The position numbers were made by a program, and so were the translations under genes. Below the pieces are notes generated by a model. That model had not been told where the DNA came from and searched no databases. It saw nothing but the letters and a program-made list of their open reading frames with translations. DNA of 64,000 bases, taken from assembly GCA_051362555.1 (NCBI GenBank), contig CM120641.1, positions 19,282,001 to 19,346,000 on the forward strand. Direction: 5' to 3'. This DNA is from Lingula anatina (lineage: Eukaryota; Animalia; Brachiopoda). Positions 14,301 through 24,266 of the stretch are shown piece after piece; the first letter of the stretch is position 1; the number at the start of each line of letters is the position of its first letter.

Positions 14301-17300
14301 TCGTACTGTGAAAGGTTATGTACGTGTTCCAACAACAATTTTGTTTCTTTCAATTTATCAGAGTTCTTGCTGAGCAGAAGTGCCTTTGTCCGGTGACATC
14401 AAGTGGCACTCTATCAGCACCATATTCACTGCCATGAATCTCTATCTCCACTCTCAGAGAATAGAATTGTTCAGGAAAAGAAAATTATTGTAGTAGCGAC
14501 CTGATCACTAATTTACTGTGCTCCTTAATTGCTTTTGTGAACATGCTCCTCGCTCCATCCTCAAAGTAACATAGTACATTGCATAACAAGTCAGATAAAG
14601 AAGAGATAATAACCATCTTGATATTACCCGCTCATCAATTTATCGTCACCTTGCCAAAAAAGTGAAAGAAAATCTCATAACTGTACCCAGTTGCTATAGA
14701 AACATTGTCTGCCAAGGTGTCAGGATTGGATCCCACCTTCTTATTTGATTTTGCACCTGTTTTACTATTCAGTAATAGAAATTCTATTTCTGATAAAAAA
14801 AGAATCAAATGAAATAATACATGCTATCATGTTTTGAAGCATTTAATGTTCTTCTTATCTGATTTCTCTTAAAATTTTGAACTAATCAAATTTGTGATAT
14901 TTTGAAGTAGAAAAAATGGTTTTGTACTTGTTTCATACAAATGTCATAAATTTGACTTGGATAAAAATATTTTGATGAAATAGTTTAGACATTGACTTTG
15001 GGAAGTTGGACATTATTTATTTATAAATGAAGATTTCAACATCCTGAAAAATTCAACAGACGCAAATTGAATTATCATAGATATAGATATCATAGATATA
15101 ACATGTATGGGATATTGGATGTGGAGAAATCAAATAACAGCTAGCTAGTTTCTCACAATGGTTGAAGTGAGTTCAGTTGAAAAATCAGTGCCATGGGGAA
15201 GTGATTATTGTTACCCCAAATTACATGGGTCTGTTACACCTAGCTGTTTCCATATTTTAGTGTTGAAATAAACCGCGTAACAGTGGGCTGTGTGTGGGCC
15301 CTTAGACCTGGCAGACTGCCAGCATGGGCCCCTGTGCCTGCCGTGCTGGACTGATTCCTTTCAATACCTCTCCCAGTAGTTTTACCACAGAACTATGTAA
15401 TTACTGCACACATTCATGCAATTCTAATTTCATTTGGAAGAGACTAGAATTACCCACCAATAATTATAGGACAGGGCATGGGTGGGTGTGGGACGGGGAA
15501 GCGACGAGAGAAAGGATTGTGTTCTTGACATTTTTTTATTCTTCTGTGCCTTTTAAAAAGTTCAGGTGTGTACAAATTAATTGTCTGTTGTTATGTACTG
15601 GTTATCAAAAGTTCATTCTCACATTGGTTATATGCTTTTTGAGTGGATCAGAGTTAATGTTTTAACATGAAGATATAAAAAAGTAGAATGTAACCATATA
15701 ATATTGTTTTTTTTTTTCATGTCACAATTGCAATATTCAATTTAGAGTAACACTTGAATAATCATTATGATGTAAGTATTATTTTAAACATTTTAGGTAA
15801 ATACCCATGGTATTTTTTATTTGGTTTTTAATTATTTTTTTATTATATTTGTGTTAACATTATTTTAATACTTGAAATAGGTGTTTGCCTGCGCACTGAA
15901 TTCTGATGAATGATCACTCTTTGCTTGGGTATTATTAGTAAATAATGTTACCTATAAATATTAACTTAATTAAACCATAGCATTCTGCGTCATCTCATAT
16001 TTTACCTTTTTTTGCCAACCATTCATAATTAATGATCATTGCAATAAAATGTTGAATGGTACACTGATATTAGTTTGCAGTTTGTGCTTTTTTCTCCCAG
16101 AAACCAATACATATTTGATGAGAAAAGCATTGGGTCATTTTCTTTTCTGATAGATAATAGGACTAGAAAACATGTTTTTGACCTGAAGTAGCCCTACATA
16201 TTAGCAGTTTACCAAAAATCAATCTGTCGCTGTGGATGTAATATGCAGAGAATCCATGCATGTTCAATACATTATATTATTTTCACTTGGAGGTGTTAAA
16301 CCCCAGTTTCTAAGAGAGACTTAATATTGTAGGTTTCTCACTAGAGGAGTGGCACTTGTAGCGTTCTAGTCGACAGCAGGAACCATCATTCTGCCCTGAC
16401 AGATGTCTTTACCTACTTCATAAAGCTTCACTGGCAAAGATCAATGGGGAGAGATTTGTGACAGATATGCTTGTCCATGGAGATCAAAACCTTGACTTAC
16501 ACCTCTCTTGTTAGCATTCTTAATACCTTCTATGACACCCAAGCAGTAAGAGTAGTGGCAGGACCCTTTTTAGGCATTTTGTGTTGTCGTTTATGGTGCT
16601 GTTGGGTAAAAGATATGTAATAAAAGGTATATTTGGTTATTTGATTTCAATAACACAAACATCCCTGTAATCAAAGTTTCACCACTTTTTAGTTTTGGTT
16701 AATTTAATATAGAGAAAATTTTGTTCAGACTCAATTTCATCTGTTGGGATGCAAGTTTTTTTTTTTCTTTTTTTTAAGTGTCTAACATATCTCTGGTAAT
16801 GAACACCTTAAAACAGTTTCGCAATTTCAAGGCAATAAGTAGGCACTGGAGTTTTTTTGTCAGTCAACATATTTATCAGGCAGATCAGACAGTTTTGATG
16901 CATGTTTCCCCTGTTATAAACTGTTGCTGAAAGTTAATCAGGTAGGAATAAAGATTAAGAACAGCACTTCAGGAAGTCAATCGCTGACAGACGGCCACAT
17001 TTTCAGACAGTTGCCATGGGGACTGGTTTTGAATTTCTTTGAACATAGCAAGGTATATTGGGCTTTTTCAAGTGTCAACAAACTTGTATTTAAATGCAAG
17101 TCATTAGGCAAGCCTGATTGTATTGACAGTTAGGCTTTATGTGAGTAGACAATGGCAACTATTGATGAATCCCACCAGGGAGAGTGAAAGCATTGATTTG
17201 TGATTGTCCCCGTGGGGGCTTACCAAGGGGCCATAGAAACACTATCTCAGACACAGCGGTTTAAACTAATTTTTCTTTTGAAGTAAGAACATTTTGGAGA

Positions 17301-20300
17301 GTTTTTGTTATCTGTTTTAAGGTAAAATAAATTTTGTAATTCTTTTTTACTTTGGAATTATTGTAAGTGATATCATGTAATAAAAATTTTACATTGGCTA
17401 TAAACATACAAAAAATGGGAAATAATACTATGATTTTAATTGTCATTTTTATTTATATTTTGAAACTATTATATCTCATTTTAAAAACTCAAAATAATTT
17501 AATTACAAAAAAAGTAAACTCTTTTTGTGAGTTAATCTCTTAAAAAAGTTTGAAGGATTTTTTTTCAATCTTAAAACAAGAGTGTCCCAGTTTGAGCCCC
17601 GTTTTTGCCTCCAAGTAGTGAGTGCTATCAATAGCCCCTGATCTAAGTACAAGAGGTTGAAGGAGAGAGTAAGAGCTACTTACTTATGTGTAAATCTGTA
17701 CCCAGACTGAGGCTGAGAATCTGTTGACTTATTGAGGCAAAGAGAAAATTGCTAAACAATTTGAATGAAAATCAAATTTTGTCCCAGTTGAAGGAGTGTG
17801 ATATTATTTTTGTGCTCTAAGTTATTATTCTTCTTCGATAACTCTCTGTCCGGCTGAACATTGGCGGCTCCTTGATAATTCAAGCATCGAATCAAATACA
17901 CTTCCACTTTCAAATGAACTTGTATTACTCTGAAGAGATGGGGATTATTTTGAAAGCAATTTATTTTGAAAACTGTAATAGAAAATAGATTTTAAATTTG
18001 TTCTTTATGTTACAGATACTGCAAATGGTATATGACAATTTATTTTCTGTTTGAAGTTTGTGAAGTGTGTAAAAAGATTAGATTCTTAAAAAATGAAGAA
18101 AAAAAACATTAAGACTGTGTGTGTGTTTGTTTGTTTTAATTGATTGATTAATCAATTGATAGAAACAAAGCATTCAGTTAACTATGTTTGTATAACAACA
18201 AGGGGTCAATTAAAGGATATTAATTCTTTGAATTCATAAATTCGGTGCGTTTCCTTGAAATACTTATGTGAACATTTAAAATATAAGTGCCAGGTCTAAG
18301 AGGAGACTGGGAACATTTGGACTCCTGGTTGCCTTAGAAGCACAACATTATTTATCACATAAGTGAACTTCAGTACCTTTGTTCCTGTTTTTTTTTTTTT
18401 TTATAAATATTTCTTCAAAATTTCTTAGTTTTGGTGATTCAATCAGGAGAGAAAGTTGTCAGCTGCCCTTTAAAGGAGTTTTGGTTCCATTCAACACTTT
18501 TTAAAGTTTGGGGAGGGGTTATCCCATTCTGTTACTATTCCTCATAAGCAATGTGTAAGATACAGAATCCGTTTGTGTGCCTGACAATGCTGAAGAAAAG
18601 GAAAGTGACATAACTTGAAAAATTCTGTTTAACTTCTGCTATTATAAATTATTGCCTGATAATTTCCTGCAGTTTAATCTTTTATTTTAGATGGTTTGTT
18701 CTTCAGCTTTGTTAATTGGTACATGTCAATAAGTTACTCTTTGTCTGCACAGATTTTTCTGTCATGTCAGGTGAATTTTATTTAGACTTTTTCACTTATG
18801 AACCAAATTTTCTGTATTTTGCAATTTCTTTTTTAATTTATTCGTTCATTTATTATTATTTTTTGTCATGATTTTAAAAAAATCTTTTAAGGAAAGAGAT
18901 TGAATAGGGCAGATTAGAGAGAACATTTTGATATAAAGGCATTTTGATGAAAATATGAGGTTGGCAGATTATTCACAGGGTCATTGAGTTCTGCTAATAT
19001 ATGTTTGTGTGCATCACTTTTAGAATGGGGTTAAATTACCAGCTTGACATGAAGGAAAGAAAGAAATTGGTTATATGATTCCATTTAAGCCCTTGGTGAA
19101 CAACAGGCAATCTCCTCAGCAAGCGTAGTCAGTAAAAAGGGAGGGGGGTATGTTGTAACCCAGAAATTCCTGACAGAGGTTTAACTTGGGACATCCAGTG
19201 CACCGATCATCCGTGTCCAGACACGGCATTGTTCACAGCACTGGACAGTGGCTCCTTTCATCTCAGGGACAAGTAAGCCGTGAGAACGGTCACAGTGATG
19301 TGTTTGACCGTGCCTAGGCCAAAACAAAAGCAGGCGAGCGATTACCTAATTTGCTCAAAGAGTTAGTCTGCATGTGGGACCCGTGATTGCTTCCCATCTC
19401 CTCCCACATGCTCCCAAATCTGTTTGGTCAGGATGAAAGTATAATTGACAGGCCGACATGCAGACCGGGCGAGGCATGACTACAATAGTGTCGCTGAGGT
19501 ATTTGAAAAGTTTGGAGGATACGGCGTTTGTTCAGCGGCTTTTGGATAAGTGTCAGCTAGTGCAGTCAACAGTGATGTCGAACTTATACTAGGCAAACAA
19601 TCAATTGACTAGGAATTGCTTTGGACAAATATAACAATGGCCACAATTAAGAAGCATTAAGTTAAGAGAAGTCAATATTGCTTCTTGCTTAGGGATGCCA
19701 TGGGAGGCCGATTTACCATGGTGTCTTAGCAGTTTTACTATCATAGTTCAGTATCAAAGTTCAGGGCACATATTGCATGTATTGGAAATACAAGATAATT
19801 ATGACACATTTCCAGTATTGTCTGAATACTGTTCAATAATGGGTTATGGGCACTTTTCTTCCCCTATTGAAACCATATTCAAAAGAAGGTTCAAGTTGCA
19901 ATTTTCCCACTTTTCATAAACCAGATGAACTGTAAGTCGTCATGTCTGTTCTGTAAGGGCACTGTCTTGATTAGTCGTGTCATGGGGAAGCTGTTTACAT
20001 GATTGTCTTGTAGAATATATAATTGATAAACATGGCCCATTAAGAAAAATGACAGACAAGTACTTCACTACAAAACATTACCAGTTGTTTAATGGAATTC
20101 TTTAGGCTTGATACAAAGATCAATAAGCGATATTTTTAATAGCATCTGTTCCTCCCTTGGCATTGAGAGTCATTGTTGTCTAAAATGTTGTGCGGAGGGA
20201 GTCTTCAATGTGCTTACTTAGCTTTACTGTGTAGCTTTTGTTCCCATTCAAGACTTGGCAATGATTTGTATGTACCAAGAGATTTCCCTTCACAGATTGG

Positions 20301-22613
20301 CATTCAGCTTGCCCAGGGATTAGATATTGACATTTTCAGCAGAAAAATACAAATCCCACAAGCATTGTTGTTGTACAAAAGAGTCCATTACACCGCAATG
20401 GAGTGAGGTAGAGACCACCTTGTTACTGTAAGCCCTCTCAAGTTTTGCACAGATAATTCAGGAATATTAATTGGTTGTACATCCATCAAAAATCATATTA
20501 AATAGAAGTTTTATATGAAAAAAAAAATCATGGAGTATATATCAATGATCAGTCCTTAACCCCATGATTTGAACATTTTGAAAATATTTAGTTTCAAACA
20601 TCTATTTTTTGTATTATATATTTCCTAATAGTAAAAATTGTGAGTCACAATACGGCAATCCAGTTACAGTATCTAGTATAACAATACAAAAATCTCAGTA
20701 AAAAAGAAATTTAAAATGAAAAGAAAAAAAATTTTTTTGATTGTAGCATGTGACTACTTCTCTCTATACTTATTGATGATTTTTGTCAGCTGGATGATTC
20801 TATATGTAATAGGTCTGTTTAAATATTTTGAAATTACTTTTCTATTTCAAGGAAATGTGAATGAATACATCTGTAAGGAATATGAAACAATGAGTTCTGT
20901 ACTATCAATTACATAGGGGAGGTATCTGTACTTTATATTTTGTGTTCAGTAAGTGTAAGCATGCTTCAAAGCCTCTCCTCGTTCAAAAATATTTTTTGAA
21001 GGCCAAATTTTTAGAATATTAGCATCCTGTGCATTAAAAGAGTTGTCAGTGTCAATGTTTAAGAGTCCCACCTCACCACTTAGTCATGTCTAAGTTCACT
21101 CAAGTGTTTTAACAGAAACACAAGAAACTTAATGAATTCAACTATGATAAGAAGGACATTTTATAACAAATATATACATTTTATATATATATTCTAAAAG
21201 GCACTGTAATGAACTAAGGTCTGAAGTGCTATCTTTTATCAGTTAATTAGGATTTGATGATGCAATATTGAAATGTGTAGCAGCAGACATAAGTTTGTAT
21301 TAGAAAGGTTGTTATGGATTTGTTCAGTCATGTTGAAACTTCACATTCATCTCTTGTTTTTGTTTGTTTTCATGCCATTAGATTAAACAATATTGAATGT
21401 GTTTGCTGCAGTTATAATTTATAATTATAGGATACATTATTTATCTCTTTTCATATTAAGAGAAAGCTACTGTTGCATAGAAGGGATTTTTTTTTCTGAT
21501 ATTAACACAAGTTATCCCCAAAGATTAATATAACATTAGCTGTGATTAACTTACTGCCTCTTCCACAGATATCCTGACAGCAAGTTTTGTGGTTTCTGTT
21601 TTGAACAGCATGTTCAAAGTGACACACACATATATTTCTATTTATTTCATTTATTTTTATTGGTTATTTGTGGGTTATTTCCTATTTGGATACCACGGCA
21701 TGTTTTATTTTTATTTTTTATATTGTAGGTCCACACCAAGGTGGATGGCAGTCCCATGGCCACCAAGGAAAAGGGTAAGCCAAAATAGAAATATTTTCAC
21801 TTTTGCTGGTACATTCCTTTAAATTTTCCAGGTTGACTGTAAGATATGTATTGATAATAACCCCCTACCCCTCACCCCCCATACAAAAAAAAAAAAAAGA
21901 AGAAGAAAGAAAGAAACAGTGATGTTCAAAATTTTAATTATTTATTTTTTTAATATATTTCCTGTGAATAAAATAATTTTACAATGAAATTACAGTGGTG
22001 GTTATGGCAGTCAGGGTGGCTATGGAAGACAAGGGGGTTATGGTAGTCAAGGAGGCTATGGTAGTCAAGGAAGTTATGGTAACCGTGGAGGCCATGGTGG
22101 TGGTAGCTATGGTAACCAGAGAGGCTATGGCAGTGGTCCCCAGTCCTGGCAGAGGAATATGCAAGGACAGAGAAATGCATATGAACAAAACCAACAAAGA
22201 GGTGGCCAGGGAGGCTGGCCTGAAGACAGAAGGAGCAGGGTAAGGCTTAATAAATCAAGTTTTTATTTCTGATATGATTTGTTAAGTTCTATTTACTTAA
22301 TATGATTCTTTTTTCCCCACTTTGGTAGTCTTTAAGATAGAATCAAAATTTGATGGAAGGGCAAATTTTTAGTGAAAATAGTTTAAATCTCTTGAAATGC
22401 AAATAGTTGTGGTAATGAGATGTAAAAAATTACTGTAAAATCCAAGCTCACAAGCAAAGAGATGAAATAGTAAGATAATTGTATAAGAGGTAGTCATTTT
22501 TTGCTCTGCTGCTTATTTGCTGTTTATATCAATAATTTGTGTTTGTCATGTTTCAGTTTGACCAGGGGGGCAGAAGCGGATATCCACCCCCTCCTTTCCA
22601 AAGGAGATATTAG
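60..22613 (+). CDS. XRN2: 5'-3' exoribonuclease 2 (XRN2/Rat1), 5'-partial multi-exon gene, 18 coding exons in window
   Basis: Exons joined manually: 60-109, 278-379, 978-1127, 1587-1681, 2156-2240, 2635-2685, 3025-3132, 3686-3775, 4217-4289, 4487-4570, 4952-5132, 5727-5783, 6327-6395, 6828-6962, 7583-7695, 21729-21774, 21996-22239, 22557-22613. All introns are GT-AG with compatible phases. The product contains XRN CR2 motifs ([73 protein letters not shown]) and XRN2-type segments ([18 protein letters not shown]). Confidence 0.95.
278..379 (+). CDS. XRN2: XRN2 exon ([34 protein letters not shown])
   Basis: cttcag/gtatac boundaries, 102 nt, phase 0-0; basic segment like XRN2 'FRRRQKEKRKR'. Confidence 0.88.
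978..1127 (+). CDS. XRN2: XRN2 exon ([21 protein letters not shown]...SDGEE)
   Basis: ttatcag/gtgaag boundaries, 150 nt open; resembles XRN2 'NPRQAAYEMRM'. Confidence 0.85.
1587..1681 (+). CDS. XRN2: XRN2 exon (SKNKDDK...[13 protein letters not shown])
   Basis: tttcag/gtagga boundaries; resembles XRN2 'DSDSEPEPEDNVR'. Confidence 0.9.
2156..2240 (+). CDS. XRN2: XRN2 exon ([17 protein letters not shown]...)
   Basis: tttcag/gtatga boundaries; conserved LWE.GWK.RYY..KF motif. Confidence 0.95.
2319..2396. repeat. (TG)35(AG)4 compound microsatellite in an XRN2 intron
   Basis: Read directly. Confidence 0.98.
2635..2685 (+). CDS. XRN2: XRN2 exon ([17 protein letters not shown])
   Basis: ttccag/gtaagt boundaries; conserved XRN CR2 motif. 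Confidence 0.95.
3025..3132 (+). CDS. XRN2: XRN2 exon ([20 protein letters not shown]...)
   Basis: ctag/gtaggt boundaries; conserved XRN CR2 motif. Confidence 0.95.
3686..3775 (+). CDS. XRN2: XRN2 exon ([30 protein letters not shown])
   Basis: ttccag/gtaagt boundaries; conserved motif. Confidence 0.95.
4217..4289 (+). CDS. XRN2: XRN2 exon ([25 protein letters not shown])
   Basis: ctcag/gtaaga boundaries; part of ORF 4121..4351; conserved motif. Confidence 0.95.
4487..4570 (+). CDS. XRN2: XRN2 exon ([27 protein letters not shown])
   Basis: ttccag/gtaagc boundaries; conserved motif. Confidence 0.95.
4952..5132 (+). CDS. XRN2: XRN2 exon ([27 protein letters not shown]...AVMTG)
   Basis: Poly-T cag/gtaagt boundaries; resembles XRN2 'RNSLGGDVLFVGKHHPLHDFILELY'. 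Confidence 0.92.
5727..5783 (+). CDS. XRN2: XRN2 exon ([18 protein letters not shown])
   Basis: tttcag/gtatgt boundaries; resembles 'VCSPVPMLRDLTQNTVV'. Confidence 0.9.
6327..6395 (+). CDS. XRN2: XRN2 exon ([22 protein letters not shown])
   Basis: gtccag/gtaagt boundaries; resembles 'FKDPQFAEDYIFKAVML'. Confidence 0.9.
6828..6962 (+). CDS. XRN2: XRN2 exon ([25 protein letters not shown]...QRMI)
   Basis: Weak aag acceptor and gtaccg donor; phase fits both neighbours; RPQLGF motif; overlaps ORF 6829..7095. Confidence 0.88.
7583..7695 (+). CDS. XRN2: XRN2 exon ([22 protein letters not shown]...RMG)
   Basis: ctcccag/gtaagt boundaries; resembles 'GTGIYSNAAPPP'. Confidence 0.9.
7696..21728 (+). 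other. Giant XRN2 intron (14,033 nt)
   Basis: GT at 7696, AG at 21727-21728; no XRN2-like coding sequence recognised inside. The other 16 introns are 168-620 nt. Confidence 0.75.
10095..10690. mobile_element. Possible decayed HINE/DINE-like (non-autonomous Helentron-type) remnant
   Basis: Short GTCT-type microsatellite at about 10097-10113; gtgaaatttta(a/c)acacat repeated at 10143 and 10332; gaccttgaccttga at 10165; tcaaggtcagaggtca at 10594. These resemble motifs of such elements in invertebrates. No termini were identified. Confidence 0.3.
21729..21774 (+). CDS. XRN2: XRN2 exon after the giant intron ([14 protein letters not shown])
   Basis: T-rich tract with tgtag acceptor and gtaagc donor; phase 1 in and phase 2 out fit both neighbours. 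Confidence 0.8.
21996..22239 (+). CDS. XRN2: XRN2 exon encoding a G/Y/S/Q-rich low-complexity repeat ([18 protein letters not shown]...WPEDRRSR)
   Basis: tacag/gtaagg boundaries, 244 nt, open in the frame set by the previous exon. Confidence 0.82.
22557..22613 (+). CDS. XRN2: XRN2 terminal coding exon ([18 protein letters not shown])
   Basis: tttcag acceptor, TAG at 22611-22613; resembles the vertebrate XRN2 C-terminus (GGRQGY...PPPSGRY). Confidence 0.82.
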   Translation, partial: FDQGGRSGYPPPPFQRRY

Positions 22614-24260
22614 AGGACCAATTTACTTATTTTATTCCGGTCTAGCGTTTGCTCTGTTTTTAGATAAAATTGTACTGTCAACTCACATGACTCATTTTGT
22701 CACATTTTGTCATTATTTAACAAAAAGGTAAGCATGAACTAATTTCCCTCATGTTTTCCTGAATTCAAGAACTATCCTTAATGTGAAAAGGTGCACATTA
22801 TTTGGATTTAAGATATGGCTTCATGATATTTACAAAGACTATCTGTAGAGTTGTTTTAGAGATTGTAACAGGTTTATAACAAAAATACATGGAACTAGTC
22901 AAATTAGATTACAGAATATGAAACGGATCTGATGAAAAATTTTCAGTGCTGCTGTAAAGTTTATCAAAACATTTTTGCAGAGGGGTGTGGCACTGTTGCT
23001 TTACATTGGTTTTCAGTTGGGCAGCATTTTTTAAATATCTGTTCAATGGAATTAATTTTAACTCGCCTAGAATTTGTTAACAGTGTTGTGGTAAGAGCAA
23101 GATGTTTCCATAATTTTTGCAAATTTCTAGATTTTAGGTCAGTGGGAGAAATTCAACATTTTACTTTTTTCTTTCAATATTATGCTTTTCAATTTCATCT
23201 TCTCTACTGATATCCCTGTGTTATTATCGCGAGATGTACATTCCCTAGCTCTCCTCTGAGTGTTGTTGTGGCTAGCACTCGATCAGTGTCCAGAGTATTG
23301 ACCACCTGTCTGAGAAGTGGACATAGAATGGTGACCACTTGAACCACAGTCACTCTCTCAGCTTGTCAACCTTTCATATTTGTACTTGACAAAATGTCTA
23401 GTTATGGATAAATATTGACTATTAATGTTTTAAAATGGCTGTATAGTATTGTTTGTGTATAACTGAGTATTTTGGTGTACGAGAATGAAAAAAAATTGAT
23501 TATGAGTTGTGACTGCTAAAAATCAAGATTAGAAAACAATAGTTCTGTTGCTATGGGAAAATACTGTAAAAAGAATAACAAAACTTTCCAAAAGGAATTA
23601 ATATTTGGGTCTTTTTGATACAAAAAGCTTCCTTTAATTATTTTTTTATGCAAATCCTCAGTTTAAATAAAGTAACAGGGAAGAAAAAGCATTTGACACT
23701 TCACTTGAAAAGTTTTTCATTGAAAATGAACTGCTAAGTATTATAATTTTTATTATTATTAGTATTATTATTGTAAATATATTCCTCAAATATTGAAATT
23801 TCAAATTTACGAAGGACATCCTGTGCTGTTCTGTGTGAGAAAGTCGAGGTATATGATAATGTGTATTGAAAATTGTAGATTAACTGCCAACTGCAAAGGA
23901 AACTTGTTTTACATTTTACATAATCTTATAACAGCAAATCTATAGGTATTTTTAAAGTGGAGCAAACTTAGTATCATTTGTATATAAAACCAATGCCTTG
24001 TAACATATTTTTGAAAAGTCAGTGTGACAATTTGTGAATATTTTTCTTATGGGAGAGTTATGAAATCTGTGTAAGACGGCAGGTGTACAAGTTTTATATT
24101 GATAGGATTGGTTGGGGGAAAAGCTTGTACATTAGTTTAAGACAAATTAAGGATAACTTTTTTGGCACATTAGTTGCTGTCCTTTTCGGTTTTTGTGAGT
24201 AACATTACAAAAGAAATCATATATTTTTAAGGTTTGATGTAGATAATGTTGATTACGTAC

Positions 24261-24266
24261 AATAAA
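24261..24266 (+). terminator. Likely XRN2 polyadenylation signal (AATAAA)
   Basis: AATAAA followed about 25 nt later by a GT-rich element (ttgctgtggtt), coinciding with the end of CpG depletion. An alternative AATAAA lies at 23666-23671. Confidence 0.5.

Noticed and set aside
21950-22243. ORFs 21950..22180(-), 21979..22197(-) and 21995..22243(+) as separate proteins
   Set aside because: Shadow frames of the repetitive GGYGSQ exon; splice phases select a different frame.
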